NCBI GenBank assembly: GCA_039586365.1 | Contig: JBDHKN010000034.1 | Coordinates: 1-64,000 of the forward strand | Origin: Gemmatimonadota bacterium | Lineage (GTDB): Bacteria > Gemmatimonadota > Gemmatimonadetes > Gemmatimonadales > GWC2-71-9 | Direction: 5' to 3' | DNA: 64,000 bases | Part shown: positions 20,507 through 29,764 of the stretch, piece by piece | Numbering within the stretch: the first letter of the stretch is position 1 | How the letters are laid out: every line of letters starts with the position of its first letter | The notes under the pieces: model-generated | Seen by the model: the letters and a program-made list of their open reading frames with translations, nothing else | Told to the model about the DNA's origin: nothing | The model's database searches: none | Translations under genes and position numbers: made by a program

Positions 20507-21333
20507 ACAACCTCCACACGAGGGAGAGGATTCAAGCGGCGGTCGATGTCATACGGCAGGAGACCGCTGCCGTACCGTCGGTGGCTCTCATCTTGGGCAC
20601 TGGCCTGGGTGAGTTGGCAACTGAGATCGAGCTTCAATCGGAGATCGAATACGAGCGAATTCCCGGTTTCCCCCTTTCCACGGTCGAGACGCACGCGGGA
20701 CGCCTGCTACTCGGTGAGCTCGGCGGGAAACCAGTCGTGGCGATGCAGGGGAGGTTCCATCGCTACGAAGGGTATTCGATGCAACAGATCACGTTCCCCG
20801 TGCGGGTGATGCGTGCTCTGGGAGCGCAGAGCTTGGTCGTGTCGAACGCGTGCGGTGGCATGCATCCGTTATGGAGCGCGGGTGATCTCGTCCTCATATC
20901 TGATCATATCAATCTGCTTGGTGACAACCCTCTGGTTGGACCCAACGATGATTCATTGGGGCCGCGGTTCCCTGACATGTCGGCACCCTATGATCCCGCA
21001 ATGCGCCGCATCGCGCGGGAAGTGGCACGCGATCTCAAGGTCGCGCTGCGGGAAGGCGTGTATGTCGCGGTGCCGGGGCCCAACCTGGAGACTCCGGCAG
21101 AGTACCGTTTTCTTCGGGCGATTGGTGCGGATGTCGTGGGCATGTCTACGGTGCCTGAGGTGATCGTCGCGGTCCATGGCGGGATGCGAGCGCTGGGGAT
21201 ATCGATCGTGACTGACATGTGCTTACCTGATGCGTTGGGGCCCGCGGACATCGACCAAATCATCGCAACGGCCCAGGCCGCTGAACCCAGCCTCACCGGT
21301 CTAGTGACTGGGGTATTGGAGCGGATGAACTGA
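20503..21333 (+). CDS. punA: Purine-nucleoside phosphorylase (trimeric type)
   Basis: ILGTGLG, QGRFHRYEG, GPNLETPAE, VGMSTVPE. Confidence 0.92.
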   Translation: MNNLHTRERIQAAVDVIRQETAAVPSVALILGTGLGELATEIELQSEIEYERIPGFPLSTVETHAGRLLLGELGGKPVVAMQGRFHRYEGYSMQQITFPVRVMRALGAQSLVVSNACGGMHPLWSAGDLVLISDHINLLGDNPLVGPNDDSLGPRFPDMSAPYDPAMRRIAREVARDLKVALREGVYVAVPGPNLETPAEYRFLRAIGADVVGMSTVPEVIVAVHGGMRALGISIVTDMCLPDALGPADIDQIIATAQAAEPSLTGLVTGVLERMN

Positions 21334-24300
21334 TGGGGTACGCACCAATCGACGTTTCCAATCTGGCCGAGATCGAACGGGATCTGCTGGAACTGTGGCG
21401 CTCGGAACGGCTGTTTCATCGCGCCCTGGAAGCGACCCGCGGTGGTCGGCCCTTCGTGTTCTACGAGGGGCCGCCGACTGCCAACGGACGACCGGGTATC
21501 CACCACGTCTTCGCTCGTACCATCAAAGACCTGATCTGCCGCTACCACACGATGCTTGGCGAGTCAGTGACTCGCATTGCAGGCTGGGATACACACGGCC
21601 TTCCGGTTGAGATCGAGGTTGAGAAGGAGCTGGAGATCAGCGGAAAGGCGGACATTGAGGCTCTCGGAGTCGCGGAATTCAACCGCCGCTGCAAAGAGAG
21701 CGTGTTTCGCTACAAGAGCGAATGGGAGAGTCTCTCAGAGCGTATCGGGTACTGGCTCGACTACGATCGGCCGTACGTCACGTACACGAACGAGTACGTG
21801 GAGAGTGTCTGGTGGCTGCTGCAACAGCTATCCGAGAAGGGATTGCTCTACGAGGGCCGCAAAGTCCTACCCTATTGTATTCGGTGTGGGACGACCCTAT
21901 CGAGCCACGAGCTGGCGATGGGCTATGACACACACAAGAGCCCGTCGATCTACACTCTGTTCCGGGTAGTCGAGCCCAGGGGCCAAGCGGAGCGATACCT
22001 CCTGGTGTGGACGACCACACCGTGGACGCTCCCGTCCAATATTGCGATCGCCGTGAATCCCCATCTGACTTACCAGGAACTGGACGTCGAAGATAGACGA
22101 GTGGTTGTCGAGAAGTCGATTGCCCAGTTTACGGTTGTCCCGGGGGCGACTCATGGGAAGCCACTTGGTGAGTATCCCGTGGTGGCCGAGTACTCTGGTA
22201 TCGATTTGGTAGGCTGGCGCTACGAGCAGCTCCTGGATGCGGTGGTGGTGGATACGACCCGCGCTTTTCGCGTCTTGGCCGGCGACTTCGTTACCAGCGA
22301 GGAGGGCACGGGGCTCGTTCATATCGCACCAGCTTTCGGTGCCGATGACTATGCTGTCGTGCAAAGTCAGGACATGCCGTTCGTCAACCCAGTTGATGCC
22401 GAGGGACGGTTTCAGGGAACACGCTGGGACGGGATCAACAACAAGACGGTGTTTGAAGCCAATCCGATAATTGCACAGCGACTCGAACAAGAGGACAAGT
22501 TGTTCGGACGCTACCAACCGAAGGGGTACGAACACACGTATCCGTTCTGCTGGCGGTGTGATTCGCCGCTGATCTACTACGCTAGAAAATCCTGGTTCGT
22601 GCGAACGACCGCCTTCAGCGATCGGATGATCGAGATCAACCAAGCAGTGAATTGGAATCCGCCGGAAGTCGGGTCGGGCCGGTTTGGTGAATGGCTCGAG
22701 AACAACGTTGATTGGGCCCTGTCACGTGATCGCTATTGGGGTACGCCGCTGCCCGTGTGGATTTGTGAGCAGGATGAAGCGCATCGCGTGGTCATCGGTT
22801 CCTTTGCGCAGTTGGCTGATCTCCGTCGTCACGCGCTGCCGCCGGATTTCGATCCACACAAGCCGTATATCGATGCGGTCACGTTCTCCTGTTCCGAGTG
22901 TGGGGGGACAATGCGGCGCGTGCCTGAGGTCATAGACGCGTGGTTTGACTCGGGCGCGATGCCCTACGCTCAGTGGCACTATCCATTCGAGAACGAAGAG
23001 GAGTTTGGGCGTCACTTCCCTGCCGACTACATATGTGAGGGCCTGGATCAAACCCGGGGTTGGTTCTATTCGCTGTTGGCAATTGCAGCGGGGGTATACG
23101 ATCAGACAGCGTACCGCAACGTGATCGTCAACGGTCTCGTTCTGGATGCCGAAGGACGCAAGATGTCCAAGCGGCTGGGTAACACGGTCAATCCCACTGC
23201 AACCGTGGACGAGTATGGGGCCGACGCCGTGCGCCTCTATTTGCTAGCAGGAAGCCAGGTAGGGCTGCCGAAACGATTCGATCCCAAAGGCATTGCTGAG
23301 TTGGCTCTCGGGTTTCTGAATCAACTCCGAAACACCTATGGTTTCTTTGCCCTCTACGCTGAGGACTGGGTCAGTAGTGGCGCTCCCGCCGTGGGGGAGT
23401 TGCCTGTAGTCGATCGTTGGCTACTCAGTCGGCTCGACCGGCTCGTTACAGCCGTCCGAGCCGCCTGGTCCGCATACGATGTGACTGGCGGGGTGCGTGC
23501 CATCATGGAGTTCTGTGATACCGACTTGTCGAACTGGTATGTCAGGGTCAACCGGGCCAGGTTCTGGGCTCCAGATGCCACGGCGGATCCGGCAGCGCTG
23601 GCGACCCTGCACGAGGCGCTCACTCAGGTAACCCGTTTGTTGGCTCCTGCAGCTCCGTTCCTGAGCGACGCGATCCATCGACGTCTGACGGGCGAGTCGG
23701 TTCATTTGGCGCGTTTCCCGCAGAGTGCTGGCCGTGAGTCTGAACGGCTCGATACTGCGATGGCTGCGATCCGCAGCCTCGCATGGCTGGCGCGCTCTGC
23801 CCGCGAGGCCGCCGGTCTGCGAATCCGACAACCTTTAGCTAGCATGAAAGTGGCGGTACCCGGGACGGTACGGGGCCCCGATTTAGACGAGCTGCTCGCA
23901 ACACTCGCCGCTGAGGTGAACGTGCGAGAGATCGCGGTCGTCGAGTCCGATGAAAGCCTCGTGAAGCTCCGAGCGAAACCGAACTATCGCACGCTCGGCA
24001 AGATCTACGGCAAAGACACACCGCTCGCGGCGAAAGCGGCGGCTTTGTTGACGACAACGCAGTTGAGGGAATTGGAGGATGGCCGCGACCAGACAGTGGA
24101 ACAAGACGGCCGGGCCTTTACGTATCGAGTTGAAGACGTCGTGGTGGAGCGGGAGGTGGCGACGGACTGGATAGTGCAGAGTGACGGGCCTTTTGTCACC
24201 GCTTTGGATCCGAACCTCACGGACGAACTCCAGTCAGAGGGACTGGCGCGAGAAGTGGTGAATCGGGTGCAGAGGTTACGAAAAGAGGCCGGATATAGTT

Positions 24301-24506
24301 ACGATACACGGATCGAAATGGGCATATCGGGTGCGAAAGACACACTGGCCGCGGTGGATTCGCACCGTTCCTTCATAGCTCGTGAGACACTGGCGCGTCG
24401 CGTACAAGTGGGATCTGATTTGCCGGCGGCAGATTTGTCCGAGCGGGTAGATATCGATGGTAGGCAAGTCGTGATCACGCTGATACAGCATGATGGCGGT
24501 CAGTAG
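21333..24506 (+). CDS. ileS: Isoleucine-tRNA ligase, type 2 (IleRS2)
   Basis: EGPPTANG, GIHH, GWDTHGLP, WTTTPWTLP, EGLDQTRGWF, KMSKR; long C-terminus without the IleRS1 zinc finger. Confidence 0.96.
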   Translation: MGYAPIDVSNLAEIERDLLELWRSERLFHRALEATRGGRPFVFYEGPPTANGRPGIHHVFARTIKDLICRYHTMLGESVTRIAGWDTHGLPVEIEVEKELEISGKADIEALGVAEFNRRCKESVFRYKSEWESLSERIGYWLDYDRPYVTYTNEYVESVWWLLQQLSEKGLLYEGRKVLPYCIRCGTTLSSHELAMGYDTHKSPSIYTLFRVVEPRGQAERYLLVWTTTPWTLPSNIAIAVNPHLTYQELDVEDRRVVVEKSIAQFTVVPGATHGKPLGEYPVVAEYSGIDLVGWRYEQLLDAVVVDTTRAFRVLAGDFVTSEEGTGLVHIAPAFGADDYAVVQSQDMPFVNPVDAEGRFQGTRWDGINNKTVFEANPIIAQRLEQEDKLFGRYQPKGYEHTYPFCWRCDSPLIYYARKSWFVRTTAFSDRMIEINQAVNWNPPEVGSGRFGEWLENNVDWALSRDRYWGTPLPVWICEQDEAHRVVIGSFAQLADLRRHALPPDFDPHKPYIDAVTFSCSECGGTMRRVPEVIDAWFDSGAMPYAQWHYPFENEEEFGRHFPADYICEGLDQTRGWFYSLLAIAAGVYDQTAYRNVIVNGLVLDAEGRKMSKRLGNTVNPTATVDEYGADAVRLYLLAGSQVGLPKRFDPKGIAELALGFLNQLRNTYGFFALYAEDWVSSGAPAVGELPVVDRWLLSRLDRLVTAVRAAWSAYDVTGGVRAIMEFCDTDLSNWYVRVNRARFWAPDATADPAALATLHEALTQVTRLLAPAAPFLSDAIHRRLTGESVHLARFPQSAGRESERLDTAMAAIRSLAWLARSAREAAGLRIRQPLASMKVAVPGTVRGPDLDELLATLAAEVNVREIAVVESDESLVKLRAKPNYRTLGKIYGKDTPLAAKAAALLTTTQLRELEDGRDQTVEQDGRAFTYRVEDVVVEREVATDWIVQSDGPFVTALDPNLTDELQSEGLAREVVNRVQRLRKEAGYSYDTRIEMGISGAKDTLAAVDSHRSFIARETLARRVQVGSDLPAADLSERVDIDGRQVVITLIQHDGGQ

Positions 24507-24545
24507 CCTCTTCACAACGGCAACCGTGGTGGAAGACTGCAAGTT

Positions 24546-24926
24546 ATGAACAAAAAGCAGCTAACTCATCTCGAGAAGCGCTTGCTCGAGGAGCGAAACA
24601 GAGTGTTGAAGGAGTTGGGGTACTACGATGAGCAGTTCAGTGGTACCCTGCAGAGTTCCGATGGCGATCTCTCTGCGTACTCCTTCCACATGGCAGATCA
24701 GGGTACGGATGCGATGGAGCGTGAGAAGCAGTTCCTGTTCGCGTCCAAGGAAGGCCGCTATCTGTGGCATGTGAACGAGGCATTGAGACGGCTTTATCGC
24801 GACCCTGATATGTTTGGCAGATGCCATGAATGCGGTGACGAAATCGCGTTCGAGCGACTAGATGCGCTACCGCACGCGCGTTTGTGCATCAAATGCAAGG
24901 CGAAAGAAGAAGATGAGAAACAGTAA
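24546..24926 (+). CDS. TraR/DksA family C4 zinc-finger protein
   Basis: Coiled coil with HMADQGTDAMERE tip; CHEC...ERLDALP...CIKC. Confidence 0.88.
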   Translation: MNKKQLTHLEKRLLEERNRVLKELGYYDEQFSGTLQSSDGDLSAYSFHMADQGTDAMEREKQFLFASKEGRYLWHVNEALRRLYRDPDMFGRCHECGDEIAFERLDALPHARLCIKCKAKEEDEKQ

Positions 24927-25431
24927 CGGCAAACTGCTGTTCTGGTCGGTAGTGTTCAGTGTGGTGGTGGTTGACTTCATTACCAAGCGTCTTGCTGTGG
25001 CATACCTATCATCTGGCGCAATCCCAATCCTGCGCGAGTCGCTTGTCTTGAGGCTGGTCTACAATCCTGGGGCCGCGTTCGGCATTCACGTCGGCGAGTA
25101 CTCGCGTTGGGTCTTCATGGTTCTCGCGTTGGTCGCCTTGGTCGTTCTGGGGGCGATGGTGCGGCAGACTCTCCCGACTCAACGGTTTCGTCTACTGACC
25201 CTGGGCCTGGTATGTGGGGGTGCAGTCGGTAACCTGCTGGACCGGATTCGCAGTTCGCAAGGTGTAGTGGATTTCATCGACGTGTGGATTGGGAAGTTCC
25301 ACTGGCCCACGTTCAACGTGGCGGATATGGCCGTGAGCTGTGGGGCTATAGCCCTGGCTCTGGTCCTTTGGTCGGAGGGAAAACAGATCACGGCCGAGGA
25401 ATCTGTCCACCCGGCCGAAGCCTCTCCATAG
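24913..25431 (+). CDS. lspA: Lipoprotein signal peptidase II
   Basis: NPGAAFG, GNLLDR, VVDFI, FNVAD. Confidence 0.95.
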   Translation: MRNSNGKLLFWSVVFSVVVVDFITKRLAVAYLSSGAIPILRESLVLRLVYNPGAAFGIHVGEYSRWVFMVLALVALVVLGAMVRQTLPTQRFRLLTLGLVCGGAVGNLLDRIRSSQGVVDFIDVWIGKFHWPTFNVADMAVSCGAIALALVLWSEGKQITAEESVHPAEASP

Positions 25432-25448
25432 GCGGTAAGTCCACAGCC

Positions 25449-26453
25449 GTGGAGCGGCAGCTCGAGTTTCAGGTATCAGTACCGTCCACCGAGCGTCTCG
25501 ATCGCTTCCTCGCCGATCAGCTATCCCTCTCTCGCACCCAGGCAGCTCGCCTTGTTGCAAGTGGCGCCGTTCGAGTGAACGCCGAGCCGGTGCGAGCTTC
25601 ACGCAGCCTGGCTCAGGGCGATTTCGTCTCGGTGCTGCTGCCGACCGAAGCGACCGGAGGACCTCGCGAGCTCAAACCGTTCAGCGCGTCGGTGAACGTC
25701 GTGCATGAGGATGAGTCACTCATGGTGCTGGACAAGCCCGCGGGGCTCGTCGTGCATCCAGCTCCGGGACACTGGGAAGACACTCTGCTCAATGCTCTGG
25801 TAGCGCGCGGTACACCCCTGGCCACAGGTGCCGCAGGTAGGCCTGGCCTGGTACACCGACTGGACAAGGACACGTCTGGACTCATGGCGCTAGCCAAGAC
25901 CGATACTGCTCACAGGAGATTAGCACGTGCTATGGCGCAACGCCGCGTCACACGCGTCTACGCGGCGCTGGCCTGGGGGCATCTGGTTGACGTGACGGAA
26001 ATCGACGCCCCTGTTGCCCGTCACCCGCGGGATAGAAAACGGATGACGGTGCTCGCTACCGGTAGGCCAGCTCGCACGCTCGTGGAACCTGTGGCCCGTT
26101 TTGACGTGTGTGATCTGGTAAGGGTGCGGTTGGCAACCGGACGGACGCATCAGATTCGTGTTCACTTGCACTATGTGGGCCATCCTGTAGTGGGTGATCC
26201 GGCATACGGAGGGGGCGGTCCTCGCCGCGTGACTGGTTCCCAGCAGGCTCGGGCCAGTCTACTCGACCGGAACACCCCGCGCCAAGCGTTGCACGCTGCT
26301 CTCTTGGGTTTTCTGCACCCCGACACGGGTGAACCCTGTGAGTTTCGCAGCGAATGGCCGGTGGACTTGAGAGCGGCACTCCATGTGGCGAACGCCGACT
26401 CGGATCAGCTTGCTCGGGACAATTGGCTGGAGTATCTTGGCTTCTTCAAATAG
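25449..26453 (+). CDS. rluD: RluA/RluD family pseudouridine synthase
   Basis: S4 domain RLDRFL, KPAGLVVHP, HRLDKDTSG, TGRTHQIRVH. Confidence 0.9.
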   Translation: MERQLEFQVSVPSTERLDRFLADQLSLSRTQAARLVASGAVRVNAEPVRASRSLAQGDFVSVLLPTEATGGPRELKPFSASVNVVHEDESLMVLDKPAGLVVHPAPGHWEDTLLNALVARGTPLATGAAGRPGLVHRLDKDTSGLMALAKTDTAHRRLARAMAQRRVTRVYAALAWGHLVDVTEIDAPVARHPRDRKRMTVLATGRPARTLVEPVARFDVCDLVRVRLATGRTHQIRVHLHYVGHPVVGDPAYGGGGPRRVTGSQQARASLLDRNTPRQALHAALLGFLHPDTGEPCEFRSEWPVDLRAALHVANADSDQLARDNWLEYLGFFK

Positions 26454-26454
26454 C

Positions 26455-26889
26455 ATGGCCGACAATACGGTTGACCGACTCTTGGTTTTTCGGGTGGCTG
26501 AGCAGAACTATGCGGCTGTTGCTTCGGTTGTCCGTGAGATTCTCCCAGCTCAAAACGCTACGCGAATACCAGGTGCCACGGATTCCGTCAAGGGCTTGAT
26601 CAACGTGCGCGGCCGCCTGATCACCTTGGTCGATGGACGCAAGGCTCTCAGCCACCCACCTGACGGGGGTGATGGGCCAGTCGTTATCTTGGATGTGGGA
26701 GAGATAGCGGTTGGATTCGCGGTCGACACAGTCCTCGACTTTTGCTCCGTTTCCGCCGGTGATCTCACTGAGCGAGGGGAACTGCCCGGTATCGATCCTC
26801 GTCTGGTCCGAGCGGTGGGTCGCCAAGCCGATATATCTTTCGTGCTCCTCGACGTCGAGGCGTTACTGTCACCAATAATGGTTGCCTAG
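26455..26889 (+). CDS. cheW: CheW coupling protein
   Basis: VREI, TRIPGA, GLINVRG, GFAVD. Confidence 0.88.
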   Translation: MADNTVDRLLVFRVAEQNYAAVASVVREILPAQNATRIPGATDSVKGLINVRGRLITLVDGRKALSHPPDGGDGPVVILDVGEIAVGFAVDTVLDFCSVSAGDLTERGELPGIDPRLVRAVGRQADISFVLLDVEALLSPIMVA

Positions 26890-26901
26890 AGGGGGGAACG
26901 C

Positions 26902-27264
26902 GTGAGTCACTCAGTCCTCGTTTGCGACGACGCGATCTTCATGAGAACGATGATCAGCGACATCCTGTCTCAAGCGGGATACGAAGTTGTCGGAGAAGCT
27001 GAGACCGGGCTCCAAGCTGTTGCGAAGTACAAGGAGCTGAAGCCCGATCTCGTGACCATGGACATCGTGATGCCCGACATGGGTGGGATTGATGCGGTGC
27101 GCGAGATCGTTGCTCACGATCCCGATGCCTGTATTCTGATGTGTAGCGCCATGGGTCAACAGGCACTGGTTGTGGAGGCGATTCAGGCTGGTGCCAAGGA
27201 CTTCGTGGTCAAACCGTTTCAACCCTCTCGGGTCCTTGAGGCGGTGCAGCGGGTTCTCGGATAG
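26902..27264 (+). CDS. cheY: CheY response regulator (Bacillus/DifD-like)
   Basis: DDAIFMR, MDIVMP, CSAMGQQ, VKPF; single receiver domain. Confidence 0.93.
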   Translation: MSHSVLVCDDAIFMRTMISDILSQAGYEVVGEAETGLQAVAKYKELKPDLVTMDIVMPDMGGIDAVREIVAHDPDACILMCSAMGQQALVVEAIQAGAKDFVVKPFQPSRVLEAVQRVLG

Positions 27265-27266
27265 GC

Positions 27267-29126
27267 ATGGACCTGTCGCAATATGCGGAGTTATTCCTTG
27301 CCGAGAGTCGGGAACACCTAGGCACCATCAATCAACAGCTCCTTGAGTGGGAGCGCGTCCCGGAATCCGGCGAACCCGTCGGTGGCATATTCCGGGCGGT
27401 CCACACTATCAAAGGCATGGCAGCCACCATGGGCTATGCCGACGTCACCGATCTCGCTCACCGGATGGAGAACCTCCTCGACATCCTCCGCAGCGGTGAA
27501 CACGAGGCCACCGACCAGGTATTCGAGCTCCTGTTTCAGGCTGCGGATGCCCTCGACAAAGTAGTTGAGTCGTCGGTCTCAGGCAGGGAGTTGGATGCGG
27601 ACACGAGCGATGTGCTCGCGCGGCTCGACGCCACATGCCAGGCGTTGGTGCCGACGGCGAAACCCAGGCCGCCACCTGTCCCACGATCAGTGGATCCGCC
27701 ACAAGCCGCCGGAAAGTGGGTGCGCGTGGTAATCGATCCCAGCGCCACCCTCAAAGGTGCGCGGGCAGCAGTCGTTCTGAGGCGCCTGGAGCAGATTGGC
27801 CAGGTCAATACAGTGCAGCCACCGGCCACCGTTTTTGAAACTGAGGATTTCGACGGTGAGTTCGGACTCCGAATCGAAACCTCCGCTGACGATGAAGTCA
27901 TTGAGGAGCAGATCCGCGCGGCGGGAGACATCGCAGAGGTTTACGTCGGTAATGGTGCGGGAGACAGATTGGTCGAGCGGCCGGAGGCGCGGACACGGCA
28001 TATAAGGGTGGACCTCAGGCGCGTGGATGCAATGATGAACTTGGTGGGAGAACTGGTGACCACCAAAGATCGCCTGGCGCAACTCAGCGCCGGTCGGGGT
28101 GACCCGACGCTCGATGATGTCAGCCTCAAGATGTCTCACCTCACTACACAGCTGCAATCGGAGATTCTAGATGCCCGCATGACGCCGGTGTGGCAGGTGT
28201 TCGATCGTTTCCCAAGACTCGTCAGGGATCTATCCAAGCAGCTCGGTAAGGTGATCGAGTTCAAGGTCGAAGGGAAGGAGATAGAGCTCGATCGGGCGAT
28301 CTTGGATGAGATCGCTGATCCCTTGGTTCATCTACTGCGAAACGCGGTCGATCACGGGATTGAACCGGCGGCCGAGCGGGTGGCTGCAGGGAAGCCGCCG
28401 AGCGGCCACATCGTTCTGTCGGCCGTGCGCGAGCGAGCGACCGTCGCGATTCAGGTGAGCGACGATGGGCGGGGAATCGATCGAGCGAAGTTGCTGGCGG
28501 ATGCCAAGCGGACTGGTATGCTCGATGAAGACGTCGATGTGCTCAGCGACGAGTTGTTGTTACGGGTGCTGTCACGGCCTGGCTTCAGCACTGCTGCTGC
28601 AGTGTCAAATGTGTCGGGTCGTGGGGTCGGGATCGATGCCGTGGCCAGCAGTCTGCGAACTCTGGGTGGCGGACTCGAGGTGCTCAGTGTGCCGGGACAG
28701 GGGACGGTGTTCAGCTTGCGGCTACCCATAACACTGGCTATTGTGCGCGCGCTCACGGCTGAAGTTGGGGAGGAACGCTACCTTCTTCCCGTGACGCACG
28801 TTGCCGAGACAGTCGATCTGAGTGAAGAGACGACCACCAGCTTGGAGGGTGAAGATGCGATGCTCTTCAGGGGGGAGATGATCCCGCTGCTGGATCTTCG
28901 CAAGGTAGTGCAGCTGCCGGGAGAGGGGCATGGTCGACGACCGGTTGTGGTACTCCAAATTGGCGAGCGGAGGTCCGGTTTGGTGGTCGATGCTCTCACC
29001 GGTCAGCAGGAGATCGTGGTCAAGACCTTCGATGCACCGCGCGGCACATTACCCATCTTCAGTGGGGCGACAGTCTTGGGTGATGGATCGCCGGCCCTCA
29101 TTCTGGACACCGGCGGACTAGTGTAG
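27267..29126 (+). CDS. cheA: Chemotaxis histidine kinase CheA
   Basis: Hpt FRAVHTIKG, P2-like region, HLLRNAVDHG, SGRGVG, C-terminal CheW-like domain. Confidence 0.96.
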   Translation: MDLSQYAELFLAESREHLGTINQQLLEWERVPESGEPVGGIFRAVHTIKGMAATMGYADVTDLAHRMENLLDILRSGEHEATDQVFELLFQAADALDKVVESSVSGRELDADTSDVLARLDATCQALVPTAKPRPPPVPRSVDPPQAAGKWVRVVIDPSATLKGARAAVVLRRLEQIGQVNTVQPPATVFETEDFDGEFGLRIETSADDEVIEEQIRAAGDIAEVYVGNGAGDRLVERPEARTRHIRVDLRRVDAMMNLVGELVTTKDRLAQLSAGRGDPTLDDVSLKMSHLTTQLQSEILDARMTPVWQVFDRFPRLVRDLSKQLGKVIEFKVEGKEIELDRAILDEIADPLVHLLRNAVDHGIEPAAERVAAGKPPSGHIVLSAVRERATVAIQVSDDGRGIDRAKLLADAKRTGMLDEDVDVLSDELLLRVLSRPGFSTAAAVSNVSGRGVGIDAVASSLRTLGGGLEVLSVPGQGTVFSLRLPITLAIVRALTAEVGEERYLLPVTHVAETVDLSEETTTSLEGEDAMLFRGEMIPLLDLRKVVQLPGEGHGRRPVVVLQIGERRSGLVVDALTGQQEIVVKTFDAPRGTLPIFSGATVLGDGSPALILDTGGLV

Positions 29127-29136
29127 GAGAGACCGA

Positions 29137-29760
29137 ATGGAAGACTTGCGTCATCTCGAGTCGCTGCAACTCGATGCATTAAAGGAAGTGGCCAACATAG
29201 GGGCGGGTCATGCCGCCACAGCGCTGTCGCAGCTTACCGACCGTCGCATCATGATTGACGTGCCTGAGATCATGGTAACGGATCTGGACGGCCTCGCTGA
29301 CCTGTTGGTGGCCACTGACAGGGTCGTTGCAGCGGTGCTAATGCACATGCTCGGGGATCTCACCGGGCGCACCCTCCTCATGATCCCGGAGGAGAACGCG
29401 AAGCTCCTGTGCGATCTCCTGCTCAAGCGGGATCCAGGAACAACACAGTCATTCGACGAACTGGAGCGATCCGGCCTGAAAGAGGCGGGCAACATCCTTG
29501 GCGGGGCCTACATGAATGCCCTGTCCGACTTCATGGGAATGATGTTGCTGCCGTCGGTCCCCAGCCTAGCCATAGACCTCGCGTCAGCAGTCGTGACCAC
29601 AGCACATCTGAGCTTTGGGCGTGATCGCGACTACGTGTTCTGCGTCGAGACCGATTTCCACTTCGAGGAAGCTGACCGAAAGCTCAAGGGCCACTTCTTG
29701 TTGTTGCCCGACCTCGCCTCACTGAAGGAGATCCTCAAGGCCATCAGGTTGATGGGATAG
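29137..29760 (+). CDS. cheC: CheC phosphatase
   Basis: Two ExxN motifs: LKEVANIGAGHAATALS and LKEAGNIL. Confidence 0.93.
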   Translation: MEDLRHLESLQLDALKEVANIGAGHAATALSQLTDRRIMIDVPEIMVTDLDGLADLLVATDRVVAAVLMHMLGDLTGRTLLMIPEENAKLLCDLLLKRDPGTTQSFDELERSGLKEAGNILGGAYMNALSDFMGMMLLPSVPSLAIDLASAVVTTAHLSFGRDRDYVFCVETDFHFEEADRKLKGHFLLLPDLASLKEILKAIRLMG

Positions 29761-29764
29761 GGAG

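Noticed and set aside
21250..21333. T-box leader before ileS
   Set aside because: ileS overlaps the punA stop codon, leaving no leader.
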